Assembly (NCBI GenBank): GCA_026390585.1
Contig: JAPLFP010000201.1
Location: 1,247 to 65,246 of the forward strand
DNA length: 64,000 nt
Reading direction: 5' to 3'
Source of the DNA: Ignavibacteriales bacterium
GTDB taxonomy: Bacteria > Bacteroidota > Ignavibacteria > UBA10030
Below, in pieces: positions 9,452-19,094 of this stretch (position 1 is the first letter of the stretch; every line of letters starts with the position of its first letter). The notes beneath the pieces are model-generated. The model made no database searches and was not told the origin of the DNA. It saw only the letters and a list, made by a program, of their open reading frames with translations. The position numbers were made by a program, and so were the translations under genes.

Positions 9452-12201
9452 ACCAGAACGCTGAGCAAAGAGCCCGTGACAACATCGACAAGCAACTCCA
9501 AGCTTGCGGTTGGGCAGTTCAGGACAAATCGAAAATCAACCTCTCGGCCGCCATTGGCGTTGCAGTGCGAGAGTACATGACCGACGTCGGTCCGGCTGAT
9601 TACATCCTCTTCGTTGACAAGAAACCTGTTGGCGTTATTGAAGCGAAACGCGAGGAAGAAGGAGTGAAGCTGACCTCGCATGAAGACCAATCTTCTGATT
9701 ATGCCACAAGTAAGCTGAAGTTCCTGAAGAATGATCCGCTTCCATATGTGTACGAGAGCACCGGGGAGATAACGCGTTTTACTGATTATCGGGACCCAAA
9801 ACCACGCTCACGGCCGGTGTTCACCTTCCACAAACCCGAGACATTTCGTGAGTGGCTCAAGCAGCCAAAGTCCCTCCGTGGCAGATTGCTTGATCTACCT
9901 CCGTTGCTGACCCAGGGTCTACGCGAGTGCCAAACCAAAGCAAGCAACAATCTTGACGTTTCGTTTAAAGACAATAGGCCGAAAGCGTTGCTTCAAATGG
10001 CAACCGGGTCAGGGAAGACCTACACAGCGATTACAGTCATCTACAGGCTTCTGAAGTTCGCGGGTGCAAAGCGCATTCTGTTTCTCGTGGACACGAAAAA
10101 CCTGGGTGAACAGGCTGAACAGGAATTTATGGCCTATGTACCAAGTGACGACAATCGATTGTTTACAGAGTTATACAATGTGCAACGGTTGAAATCGAGC
10201 TACGTTGCGACCGATTCCCAAGTCTGCATCAGCACGATACAGCGGCTCTATTCCATCCTGCAGGATAAAGAACTTGACGAATCTGCCGAAGAGGAAAATC
10301 CAGCGGAAAGGAATTGGCAGCCGGCAGCACCGATGCCAGTAGTATATAGTAAACACCTGCCGATTGAGTTCTTTGACTTCGTGGTGATCGACGAATGTCA
10401 CCGAAGCATCTACAATCTCTGGAAGCAAGTGTTGGACTATTATGATGCCTTTCTTGTCGGTTTGACGGCGACGCCAGACAATCGGACATTCGGATACTTC
10501 AATCAGAACATCGTGAGCGAGTATTCACATGAAGATGCGGTCGCCGACGGCGTAAACGTCGGATTCAACACATTCTTGATTGAAACGAGCATCACGAAGA
10601 GAGGCGCGGTGGTCTGGAAGGGTGAGTATGTGGATTTTCGCGAAAAGCTCACTCGAAAAAAACGCTGGGAGCAGGTGGATGAGAATGTTGCCTACGCTCC
10701 TCGTGAGCTGGATGATGAAGTCGTAAACCCGAACCAGATCAGGGTTGTCATCAGTGCGTACAGAGACCATCTGCCAGAAATATTCCCGCATAGGACTGAA
10801 GTGCCCAAAACACTCATTTTTGCAAAAAGCGACAGCCACGCAGATGACATCATTCAAATTGTGAGGGAAGAGTTTGCAGAAGGAAACAAGTTCTGCAAGA
10901 AAATCACGTACACCGCGGACGACCCAAAATCCACGCTTGCGCAATTCCGAAACGATTATTATCCCCGCATCGCCGTTACGGTGGACATGATTGCCACCGG
11001 CACCGATGTGCGGCCTCTGGAGTGTCTCATCTTCATGCGCGATGTCAGGAGTCGCAACTACTTTGAACAAATGAAAGGGCGCGGAACCCGGATTATCTCC
11101 TTGGATGATCTCAAGAAGGTGACGCCTTCAGCGCAATACACAAAAGATCATTTCGTTATCGTCGATGCGGTTGGTGTGAGCAAATCGCTCAAAACGGATA
11201 GCTGTCCCCTTGAACGCAAGCCCGGCATATCCCTGAAGGACTTGCTGGCGGCAGTGGCTGTGGGAGCGAGGGATGAAGACCTGTTCTCGACGCTGGCAAA
11301 CAGACTGGTCCGATTGGGAAGGCAGATCACCGAAAAGGAACACGCGCTTTTCATCGAAAAGGCACGTGGTAAGACCATCACAAAGGTGGTGAAGGAACTA
11401 CTGAACGCCTACAACCCCGACACCCTTGAGGAAATCACAGCGAAAATACAGACCGAAAAGTCGGGCGCTTCCCGCGATGAAATCGAGTCTGCTATCCAGA
11501 GCGCGCACTCTGATATCATAGAACAAGCTGCCGTCACTTTTACGGGAGATTTGAACACCTTCATCGAGAATGTGCGCAAGGTACACGAGCAGGTTATTGA
11601 TATTATAAATCCTGACAAGGTGGAATATGCCGGATGGCAGGAACACTCTAAGGAAGACGCATCTGCACTTGTGAAGGATTTTACCACATGGATTGAGGCG
11701 CACAAGAACGAGATTACAGCGCTGCAAATATTCTACGGCCAACCATACCGCAGACGTGAACTGACCTACGCAATGGTGAGGCAGTTGGTGGAGCTCTTAC
11801 GAGCCGACAAGCCCCCTCTTGCCCCGTTGCGTGTCTGGCAGGCGTATGAGCAATTGGAGCAGGTAAACGGCTCGCCCAAGAATGAGTTGATTGCCCTGGT
11901 CTCACTAGTCCGACGTGTATGCGGTATTGATACTGCACTCACTGCATACGACAAGACCGTGGACAGAAACTTCCAGGCATGGGCGTTTAAGAAGCAGGCC
12001 GGAGCTCTGAAGTTTACCGAAGAGCAAATGCAATGGCTGCGGATGATAAAGGACTATGTTGCCACCTCGTTTCATATTGAGAAGGACGATTTTGATCTCA
12101 GTCCATTCAATGCGGAAGGCGGACTTGGCAAGGTGTGGCAACTCTTTGGCGAGCAGACTGAGAGTATCATTCAAGAACTGAACGAAGCGTTGGCGGCGTA
12201 A
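9448..12201 (+). CDS. hsdR: Type I restriction enzyme R subunit (HsdR; EcoAI/EcoEI-like with EcoEI_R_C-type tail)
   Basis: Nuclease N-domain ADYILFVDKKPVGVIEAKRE; helicase motifs QMATGSGKTYTAI, VVIDECHRS, GLTATP, QMKGRGTR; a long helical C-terminal domain. Confidence 0.95.
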   Translation: MNQNAEQRARDNIDKQLQACGWAVQDKSKINLSAAIGVAVREYMTDVGPADYILFVDKKPVGVIEAKREEEGVKLTSHEDQSSDYATSKLKFLKNDPLPYVYESTGEITRFTDYRDPKPRSRPVFTFHKPETFREWLKQPKSLRGRLLDLPPLLTQGLRECQTKASNNLDVSFKDNRPKALLQMATGSGKTYTAITVIYRLLKFAGAKRILFLVDTKNLGEQAEQEFMAYVPSDDNRLFTELYNVQRLKSSYVATDSQVCISTIQRLYSILQDKELDESAEEENPAERNWQPAAPMPVVYSKHLPIEFFDFVVIDECHRSIYNLWKQVLDYYDAFLVGLTATPDNRTFGYFNQNIVSEYSHEDAVADGVNVGFNTFLIETSITKRGAVVWKGEYVDFREKLTRKKRWEQVDENVAYAPRELDDEVVNPNQIRVVISAYRDHLPEIFPHRTEVPKTLIFAKSDSHADDIIQIVREEFAEGNKFCKKITYTADDPKSTLAQFRNDYYPRIAVTVDMIATGTDVRPLECLIFMRDVRSRNYFEQMKGRGTRIISLDDLKKVTPSAQYTKDHFVIVDAVGVSKSLKTDSCPLERKPGISLKDLLAAVAVGARDEDLFSTLANRLVRLGRQITEKEHALFIEKARGKTITKVVKELLNAYNPDTLEEITAKIQTEKSGASRDEIESAIQSAHSDIIEQAAVTFTGDLNTFIENVRKVHEQVIDIINPDKVEYAGWQEHSKEDASALVKDFTTWIEAHKNEITALQIFYGQPYRRRELTYAMVRQLVELLRADKPPLAPLRVWQAYEQLEQVNGSPKNELIALVSLVRRVCGIDTALTAYDKTVDRNFQAWAFKKQAGALKFTEEQMQWLRMIKDYVATSFHIEKDDFDLSPFNAEGGLGKVWQLFGEQTESIIQELNEALAA

Positions 12202-12202
12202 A

Positions 12203-13528
12203 GTGATTAAGAACTCCCATACTCAGAATGGACTTCCTGATGGATGGATAGAATCCAAATTGCGAGATGTGTGCGAAGTCTTAGATAGTCAAAGGTCTCC
12301 TATCAATTCTGAGGAAAGGCAAAAGAGGATTGCTGGAAAATCGCAGAGTGAGCTCTTTCCATACTTTGGAGCGACTGGACAAGTGGGTCATATCGATGAC
12401 TTCTTGCTTGATGGAGAATTCGTTCTTCTTGGGGAAGACGGGGCTCCGTTCTTGGAACCATTTAGAAACAAGGCTTACCTCGTTAAGGGAAGGATCTGGG
12501 TTAACAATCATGCTCATATTTTAAGGGCCTTTGCCTCCAACAAATTCCTCTGTCACTATCTGAATCAAGTCAACTACAGGGATTTTGTTACTGGAACGAC
12601 TCGACTGAAGCTCAATCAGTCGAGGATGAATGAAATACCTGTTCTTGTGCCTCCGCCTCCCGAACAACACCGCATCGTAGAAAAAATCGAAGCCCTCTTC
12701 AGCGAGTTGGATAACGGCATCGAGCAACTCAAGAAAGCACAACAGCAACTGAAAGTTTACCGCCAGGCCGTGCTCAAGTGGGCGTTTGAAGGGAGGCTCA
12801 CGGATGACAATGTTGTGGATGGGGAATTGCCGAGAGGATGGAAGTGGAAACAATTGCAAGAGATTACTTCAAGGCTTGGTGATGGATTACACGGGACTCC
12901 TGTCTATTCGATAAACGGTGGTTATCATTTCATCAATGGCAATAATTTGTCCGAAGGGAAAATTGTATTGAAGGACAATACCAAAAGAGTGTCTTATGCC
13001 GAGTATGAAAAGCATAAAAAGAACCTAAATGACAAAACGATTTTAGTTTCAATAAACGGAACATTGGGAAATACCGCATTTTATGGCGGCGAGAAAATCA
13101 TCCTCGGCAAGAGTGCTTGCTATTTCAATGTCACAAGTGAAGTGGACAAGCACTACCTGAGATATTTACTAACAGGTCAACGATTTCTCAACTATGCTCA
13201 TAGAACAGCGACAGGAAGCACGATAAAAAATGTTTCATTGAAATCAATGAGAGCATTTCAAGTCCCATTGCCCCCAACAACTGAAGAGCAAAGGACAATA
13301 GTTCAGGAGATCGAAAAACGACTTAGTGTATGCGACAAGTTAGAAGAAACCATCACCGAGAGCTTAAAACAAGCAGAAGCCCTGCGCCAGAGCATTTTGA
13401 AGAAAGCGTTCGAAGGAAAACTCGTCCCGCAAGATCCGAAGGATGAACCGGCGAGTGTGTTGTTGGAAAGGGTAAATGGAGAAAAAAGTAGTGGCAAGCC
13501 GGAGAACAAGAAGAGTTCGGTGACATGA
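12203..13528 (+). CDS. hsdS: Type I restriction-modification specificity subunit (HsdS), two TRDs
   Basis: LPDGWIESKLRDVCEV and LPRGWKWKQLQEITS open the two target-recognition domains. The conserved helical spacers are PPPPEQHRIVEKIEALFSELD and PPTTEEQRTIVQEIEKRLSVCD, with WVNNHAHIL also present. GTG start lies 1 nt after the hsdR stop. Confidence 0.95.
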   Translation: MIKNSHTQNGLPDGWIESKLRDVCEVLDSQRSPINSEERQKRIAGKSQSELFPYFGATGQVGHIDDFLLDGEFVLLGEDGAPFLEPFRNKAYLVKGRIWVNNHAHILRAFASNKFLCHYLNQVNYRDFVTGTTRLKLNQSRMNEIPVLVPPPPEQHRIVEKIEALFSELDNGIEQLKKAQQQLKVYRQAVLKWAFEGRLTDDNVVDGELPRGWKWKQLQEITSRLGDGLHGTPVYSINGGYHFINGNNLSEGKIVLKDNTKRVSYAEYEKHKKNLNDKTILVSINGTLGNTAFYGGEKIILGKSACYFNVTSEVDKHYLRYLLTGQRFLNYAHRTATGSTIKNVSLKSMRAFQVPLPPTTEEQRTIVQEIEKRLSVCDKLEETITESLKQAEALRQSILKKAFEGKLVPQDPKDEPASVLLERVNGEKSSGKPENKKSSVT

Positions 13529-14136
13529 GCAAGAAGCAACCACATATTGCGAAACTCAGAATAGCTGTTGTCTCCACGATTTATGGTTTTGAAGACCAGT
13601 TGGAACAGGTATGTTCTACGCTGCAAGGCTATGGCTACGAAGTCTGGAACTCGCATTTCAAGACTCTCCCGGTCGACCCCGCGAAGTCCAATACGGAAAA
13701 CTGCCTCAAGGCGGTGGAAGCTTGCGACCTTCTATTCGGTATCATCCGTCCTGTCTATGGGACGGGAGTCATTGCCCCTCTATCCATCACACACCAGGAA
13801 ATGTTGAAAGCAATAGAACTCAAAAAGCCCAGGTGGTTTATTGCTCATAGGGACATAAGCATAGCCAGGCAATTGTTAAAGCAATATATGTTCGATGCCG
13901 GCAATCAACCCAACCCGGCATTTGTCTATCAACCCACCAAAGTGATAGACGATATTCGAGTCATACACCTCTATAACGATACCATTTTAAACAATGTGCC
14001 GCCGGCTGAGCGCATAGGACATTGGGTAGATGAATATTTCCGCTTAGGAGATATTCTCAAATGTGTTGCAACACAGTTCGAGAATGTTGAGAGAGTGAGG
14101 GGCATTGTGGAACAAATGAAACAGCAAACACCATGA
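13525..14136 (+). CDS. DUF4062-like (TIR/nucleoside-deoxyribosyltransferase-like fold) protein embedded in the R-M operon
   Basis: RIAVVSTIYGFEDQLEQVCSTLQGYGYEVW...NCLKAVEACDLLFGIIRPVYGTG...SITHQEMLKAIELKKPRWF follows the DUF4062 pattern as I recall it. ATGA overlaps occur at both ends (13525-13528 and 14133-14136). Confidence 0.55.
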   Translation: MSKKQPHIAKLRIAVVSTIYGFEDQLEQVCSTLQGYGYEVWNSHFKTLPVDPAKSNTENCLKAVEACDLLFGIIRPVYGTGVIAPLSITHQEMLKAIELKKPRWFIAHRDISIARQLLKQYMFDAGNQPNPAFVYQPTKVIDDIRVIHLYNDTILNNVPPAERIGHWVDEYFRLGDILKCVATQFENVERVRGIVEQMKQQTP

Positions 14137-15632
14137 AGCGAGAACAGTTGATACGGGATCTGATTCGCCAGGGCGAAAGCGAACAGCTCGAACTAAAAGC
14201 GGAGGTTCGCAATGAAGTCATTGCCAAGACTATCTGCGGCTTTCTCAATGGTGAAGGCGGCCAGGTTGTGGTTGGCGTAACGGGTGAGGGCAAAGTCGTT
14301 GGGGTAAAGAATGCAGAAAGGACAGAATCAGAACTGCAGCGCTATTTGATTGACACTATTGTCCCCGAGGCACCTGTCACGGTCTCAACCGAGCAAGTCG
14401 GCGACAAAGACATTCTCCTGGTAAAGGTATGGGGCGGTTCCAGGAAGCCGTATGTGTTTGGCGGTTCCATTTTCTATCGCAGAGGAAGCCAGACCGTTGC
14501 AGCCACTTCAAGAGAGATTTCAGACTTGATTCAGACGCGTCAACAAACCGATGCCCTCTGGGAACGCCAACCCGCGCTGCGGGTTGAAGTCGATGATCTT
14601 GACCTCGAGGAAATCCGTAACACCATTCGCCACATTAATGAGTCCGGTAGAGGCAAGACACTCTCCGACGACATCCCGGAGTTTTTGTCCTATCATGGTT
14701 TGTACCAAAACGGGCACGTGAGCAATGCCGCTGTAGTATTGTTTGGCAAAGAACCGGCGCGTTTTATTCCACAAATCTGCGTTCGGTTCTCAGTTTTCGC
14801 TAGCGGTAAGACGGGCTCTTCGTTCAGCGAAGACCGCGTCCTCGAGGGTAATCTCTTCAAGAACATCGAAGAAATTCAAGACCTTTTTAAGAAGCATATT
14901 GCTTTCAGAAGTAAGTTTGACAAGACCCAATGGCAAAGGACAGACGGCTTTCTCTATCCGATGGATGCACTACGAGAAGGTGTGCTGAATGCGCTGGTGC
15001 ACCGCGATTATTCCAACGTTTCCGGAACAGCTTCTGTCTTTGTTTTTCCGGACAAAATAGAAATAAGCAATTATGGCAGATTGCCTCATGAGATTACGAT
15101 AGCAGATTTGAGGCGGAACCATTATTCGCTGCCTCATAACCCTGATATTGCCCAGATGTGTTTCTTGAAGGGTTATATTGAGAAAATAGGTAGAGGCACG
15201 TTGAAGATTATTGAAGCATGTAAGAGTGCCGGCTTAAAAGAACCTGTTTGGAGCACTGAAGCTTCTTCTATAAAACTCACGTTCTTCAGTAACGTCAAGA
15301 TTGCGCCCCGCAGTAGGCAAGCAGAGGGGGGAATAACCGGGGGGGTAAGCAAGGGAGTGTTAGCCAGTGTTGAGGGAGTAATTGAGGGAGTAACTGAGGG
15401 AGTAAGTGAGGATGTAAAAGACAAAATTAAAGAGATTCTTCTCGTTGTATACAAAAACGAAGGCCTCAGAATTCCGGAAATTGCCCACAAAACTGAGACA
15501 CCAATTAAAAGCGTTGAGAGATATGTCAAACAACTGAGGCTTGCCGCATTGATAGAGTTTAGAGGTGCGCCAAGAACTGGCGGCTATTTTATCACAAAGA
15601 AGGCGGCGGCGAAAATTAGTAAAAGCAAATGA
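14133..15632 (+). CDS. AlbA_2 (Schlafen-like) + HATPase_c_4 (RecG-C-like) + C-terminal wHTH protein
   Basis: ESEQLELKAEV...ICGFLNGEGGQVVVGV...GKVVGV (AlbA_2); NALVHRDYS...IEISNYG...PHNPDIAQMCFLKGYIEKIGRGT (HATPase_c_4-type); C-terminal IPEIAHKTETPIKSVERYVKQLR (wHTH-like). Confidence 0.75.
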   Translation: MKREQLIRDLIRQGESEQLELKAEVRNEVIAKTICGFLNGEGGQVVVGVTGEGKVVGVKNAERTESELQRYLIDTIVPEAPVTVSTEQVGDKDILLVKVWGGSRKPYVFGGSIFYRRGSQTVAATSREISDLIQTRQQTDALWERQPALRVEVDDLDLEEIRNTIRHINESGRGKTLSDDIPEFLSYHGLYQNGHVSNAAVVLFGKEPARFIPQICVRFSVFASGKTGSSFSEDRVLEGNLFKNIEEIQDLFKKHIAFRSKFDKTQWQRTDGFLYPMDALREGVLNALVHRDYSNVSGTASVFVFPDKIEISNYGRLPHEITIADLRRNHYSLPHNPDIAQMCFLKGYIEKIGRGTLKIIEACKSAGLKEPVWSTEASSIKLTFFSNVKIAPRSRQAEGGITGGVSKGVLASVEGVIEGVTEGVSEDVKDKIKEILLVVYKNEGLRIPEIAHKTETPIKSVERYVKQLRLAALIEFRGAPRTGGYFITKKAAAKISKSK

Positions 15633-15837
15633 GGACTGTGTTGGTCGGAACCGGCAGAGGGGAAAAGGGGTCACAAGGGGCTCAAAGGAATCATGCGACG
15701 AAGAAGATGAAAAAGAACAAAGAGTGGACGAAGAAAGCATGATGTCGTCATCGTCCTCCTCCCCGTTATCATCCTCGTCGCCACCATCGTCCTCATCGAC
15801 GGCGGCGGCATCGGCAGCACGGTCGCATTCATAAACA

Positions 15838-17343
15838 ATGGAATACAACTTGGACAACAACAGCGCAAGCATTATTTCTAAAGTCTGGAGTTTCTGTAAC
15901 ACGCTTCGTGATGATGGAGTGGGCTACGGAGATTACCTGGAGCAACTCACGTATCTGCTTTTCCTCAAAATGGCGGATGAGTACTCCAGGCCCCCGTACA
16001 GCAGGCGTCTGCCTGTTCCCAAAGAATACAACTGGGAAAGCCTTGTATCGAAACGTGGCGCTGATCTCGAATTGCATTACACTACCTTACTCAGGGAATT
16101 AGCGCAGCAGAAAGGAATTCTCGGACAGATCTTCACCAAAAGCCAGAACAAGATACAAGACCCGGCAAAGCTCTACAAGCTTATCGACATGATCAACCTG
16201 GAAAGCTGGGTTGTGATGGGGGCCGATGTAAAGGGGGACATCTACGAAGGTCTGCTGGAGAAGAATGCCGAAGACACAAAGAGCGGCGCCGGACAATACT
16301 TCACACCACGGGCGCTCATCAAGGCAATGGTGGAATGCATCCGGCCTGAGCCGATGAAAACCATCGCCGATCCGGCGTGCGGCACAGGTGGTTTCTTTCT
16401 GGCGGCATATGACTACATCGTGAAGAACAACCAACTGGACAAAGCGCAGAACCAGTTTCTGAAATTCACAACCTTCTATGGGAATGAGATTGTGGCAGGA
16501 ACCAGACGGCTTGCGTTGATGAATCTGTTCCTCCATAACATCGGCGATATTGATAGCGACAATTTCATTTCCCCCGCCGATGCACTCATCGCAGATTCCG
16601 GTGTGCGCGCGGATTATGTGCTGGCAAATCCGCCGTTCGGAAAGAAGAGCAGCATGACCTTCACGAACGAGGAAGGGGAACAGGAAAAGGAAGATCTCAC
16701 GTACAATCGTCAGGATTTCTGGGCTACAACGGGCAATAAACAACTCAACTTCGTACAACACATCCGTACAATGCTCAAAACAACCGGTCAGGCAGCGGTT
16801 GTTGTTCCGGACAATGTCTTGTTCGAAGGCGGTGCAGGGGAAACCGTGCGAAAGAAACTGCTCGAAACCACTGACCTTCATACCATCTTGCGCTTGCCAA
16901 CAGGCATCTTCTACGCCAATGGTGTAAAGGCGAACGTAATATTCTTTGATGCGAAGCCAGCTTCCAAAGAGCCCTGGACGAAAGAGATTTGGTATTACGA
17001 TTACCGCACAAACGTTCACCACACGCAGAAAAAGAACCCGATGCGATTGGACGATCTCCGGGATTTCATTGAATGCTATCGTCCTGCCAACAGGCACAAA
17101 CGAAAAGAAACGTTCGACACAAAGACAAATCCCGACGGTCGCTGGAAAAAATTCACGCACGACGAGATCATCAACCGCGATAAAACGAGCCTTGATATCA
17201 CCTGGCTAAAGGACAAGAGCCTTACCGACCTGGATTCCCTGCCCGACCCCGATGTTCTTGCCGGAGATATCATTGAAAATCTCGAGGCTGGTCTGGCGAG
17301 CTTCAGAGCGATTATGGCTTCGATAAATGGGAAGAAATCCTAG
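15838..17343 (+). CDS. hsdM: Type I restriction-modification DNA methyltransferase subunit (HsdM, N6-adenine)
   Basis: HsdM_N-like start WSFCNTLRDDG..YGDYLEQLTYLLFLK; motif I DPACGTGGFF; motif IV LANPPFG. Confidence 0.95.
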   Translation: MEYNLDNNSASIISKVWSFCNTLRDDGVGYGDYLEQLTYLLFLKMADEYSRPPYSRRLPVPKEYNWESLVSKRGADLELHYTTLLRELAQQKGILGQIFTKSQNKIQDPAKLYKLIDMINLESWVVMGADVKGDIYEGLLEKNAEDTKSGAGQYFTPRALIKAMVECIRPEPMKTIADPACGTGGFFLAAYDYIVKNNQLDKAQNQFLKFTTFYGNEIVAGTRRLALMNLFLHNIGDIDSDNFISPADALIADSGVRADYVLANPPFGKKSSMTFTNEEGEQEKEDLTYNRQDFWATTGNKQLNFVQHIRTMLKTTGQAAVVVPDNVLFEGGAGETVRKKLLETTDLHTILRLPTGIFYANGVKANVIFFDAKPASKEPWTKEIWYYDYRTNVHHTQKKNPMRLDDLRDFIECYRPANRHKRKETFDTKTNPDGRWKKFTHDEIINRDKTSLDITWLKDKSLTDLDSLPDPDVLAGDIIENLEAGLASFRAIMASINGKKS

Positions 17344-17556
17344 GTGATGGGGCCGAGTGGGAGGCGTCCTCCGTTGGTTCGTACCCTCTGAACAGAGGGA
17401 AGCGATAAGCTCAAAATCTAAGAGTTCAACGTTGTACCGTTTGCATGGTTTAGTGTAGGCGGACTGCATCCAAGGTGATTGTCCGACCAGCAACAAGCGC
17501 CGAGCCGCGGCCACTGGTCTGTTAGTAGCAGAACCATCCTTAGGAGACGGCAAGAA

Positions 17557-18258
17557 TTGAAGTACGACACCGAATATGAACTTGTCGAAAGATTCATCGG
17601 CGATCTTGCTCAAAGCAATTCTACTACCGATCAGTGGATTCTGCTTCGAGAGATGAAAAGCGATTGGGGAGTCGTGGACCTCCTAGCCATCAGATTCAAC
17701 GGCGAGATGCTCGCGAAGAGACGCAATGAGATTCTTGGGCCCATGATAGTGCCGTTTAGTTCACTCGCGGCTTATGCGATGGTGTTTCTCATTGATCACC
17801 GAACAATGACTATTTCCGACCTGGGGTCCTTTCTGAAAGCCAAAAATGGTCGGTTAAGACAAGTGTTGGACCAGCTCATCGAGCGCAATCTAGTCATTCG
17901 CCATAAGACCGATTCAATTCGAGCTAGGGCGATTTCGACTACATTCATGATCAAGGACATTCTGGCGTTCGAAGCTAAGCTCTCGAAATGGCAAAGTGCG
18001 ATCACTCAAGCAGAACGGCACCTCTGGTTTACCAACAGCTCATTCGTCGTGCTGCCGCATTTGTCTGCAAGCGTCTACGGCAAAGCTCTTGCTGCTTGCA
18101 CTGATCGGGGGGTGGGACTTATTACATCGAATGAGTCGGGTTTGTTCAAAGTGGCAAAGGAGCCGCTCCACAAGGACCGAATTGAAAGCCACTTTGCTTG
18201 GAAAATCAACGAGTCTTTGGTGGATGGGAGCTTAATGAATGCAGCAATCCGTCCTTGA
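17557..18258 (+). CDS. PD-(D/E)xK-like nuclease-fold protein with an inserted winged-helix segment
   Basis: EYELVERF ... GVVDLLAI ... ILAFEAKLSKW ... QAERH has the spacing of an E / D / ExK / Q nuclease core. Between D and ExK lies MTISDLGSFLKAKNGRLRQVLDQLIERNLVIRH (wHTH-like). The track ORF starts at TTG 17479. I prefer in-frame TTG 17557, preceded by AGGAG at 17543-17547. The 3' end overlaps the kinase ORF by 20 nt. Confidence 0.5.
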   Translation: MKYDTEYELVERFIGDLAQSNSTTDQWILLREMKSDWGVVDLLAIRFNGEMLAKRRNEILGPMIVPFSSLAAYAMVFLIDHRTMTISDLGSFLKAKNGRLRQVLDQLIERNLVIRHKTDSIRARAISTTFMIKDILAFEAKLSKWQSAITQAERHLWFTNSSFVVLPHLSASVYGKALAACTDRGVGLITSNESGLFKVAKEPLHKDRIESHFAWKINESLVDGSLMNAAIRP

Positions 18259-19093
18259 TAGGTTGACCGCATCATTGCCGGACCTCAATGTAAGTTCGGA
18301 AATCAAGCGAGGCGGGCAGAAGGTCGTTTTTCGCGCTACCTACAGGGGCAATGTCAAAGCGGTATTCAAAGTGGTTATGCCACAAAGCTCGGAGGAGCGA
18401 GAACGCGCCCTTCGAGAAATTGCTATCACCTCTGAACTAGGCTCACCACTATTTGCGAGAATACACAGTTACGGAGAATTTGAGTATGACGATAACTCCG
18501 TAATCTATGTCATCGAGGAATTGATTCCCGGCAGCAATTTGCGCGACCTGATACAAGCAGCTACTCCCGGTCTGCTCCCGCACGGCGAGGCACGTCGCAT
18601 AATCTCTTCGGTCTTGAATGCATTGGAGATGACCGAGGCTCGCAACCTCGTGCACAGGGACATCAAGCCGGAGAACATAATGGTCACCGAAGACAGAGTT
18701 GTACTTATTGATTTTGGGATTGCTCGGCATCTCGACCTTGCCTCCTTGACCAATACCTGGGCTCCATTCGGCCCCATGACACCAGGCTACGCGCCACCTG
18801 AGCAGGTGAGAAACGAAAAGCGGAGGATATCTATTCGGACAGACTTTTTCTCACTGGCAGTCGTGACCTATGAATTATTGACTGGCTTCAATCCATTCAT
18901 AGCTGGCACCCGAACCGCAGGTGAGGCTATTCAGCGCGTGCTCACGTTCAATCCTCCTCATCTTTCGACATACGGCTACCACGAATCATTTGACCTCTTC
19001 GTAGGTTGCGCGATGTCCAAATACTGCAATCGACGGCCAGCGAATGTCGCGATGGCGAAGGCTCTCTTCGCACAAATCCAATGGGAGGCGTAA
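18239..19093 (+). CDS. Hanks-type Ser/Thr protein kinase, catalytic domain only
   Basis: GGQKVVFRATY (G-loop-like), KAVFKVV (Lys), LVHRDIKPENIMV (HRD), IDFGIAR (DFG), GYAPPE (APE). No TM, FHA, PASTA or TPR extension. Confidence 0.9.
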   Translation: MQQSVLDRLTASLPDLNVSSEIKRGGQKVVFRATYRGNVKAVFKVVMPQSSEERERALREIAITSELGSPLFARIHSYGEFEYDDNSVIYVIEELIPGSNLRDLIQAATPGLLPHGEARRIISSVLNALEMTEARNLVHRDIKPENIMVTEDRVVLIDFGIARHLDLASLTNTWAPFGPMTPGYAPPEQVRNEKRRISIRTDFFSLAVVTYELLTGFNPFIAGTRTAGEAIQRVLTFNPPHLSTYGYHESFDLFVGCAMSKYCNRRPANVAMAKALFAQIQWEA

Positions 19094-19094
19094 T

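Noticed and set aside
15360-15902. 180-aa minus-strand ORF with an extremely acidic stretch, considered as a DNA-mimic anti-restriction protein
   Set aside because: Most of it is antisense to the AlbA_2-like gene and to the hsdM start. The acidic run is just the complement of the Ser-codon tract, and no start or RBS context supports it.
16099-17160. 353-aa ORF on the minus strand
   Set aside because: It lies entirely antisense to hsdM, whose motifs (DPACGTGGFF, NPPFG) are unambiguous. The antisense product is low-complexity with no motif, so it is a shadow ORF.
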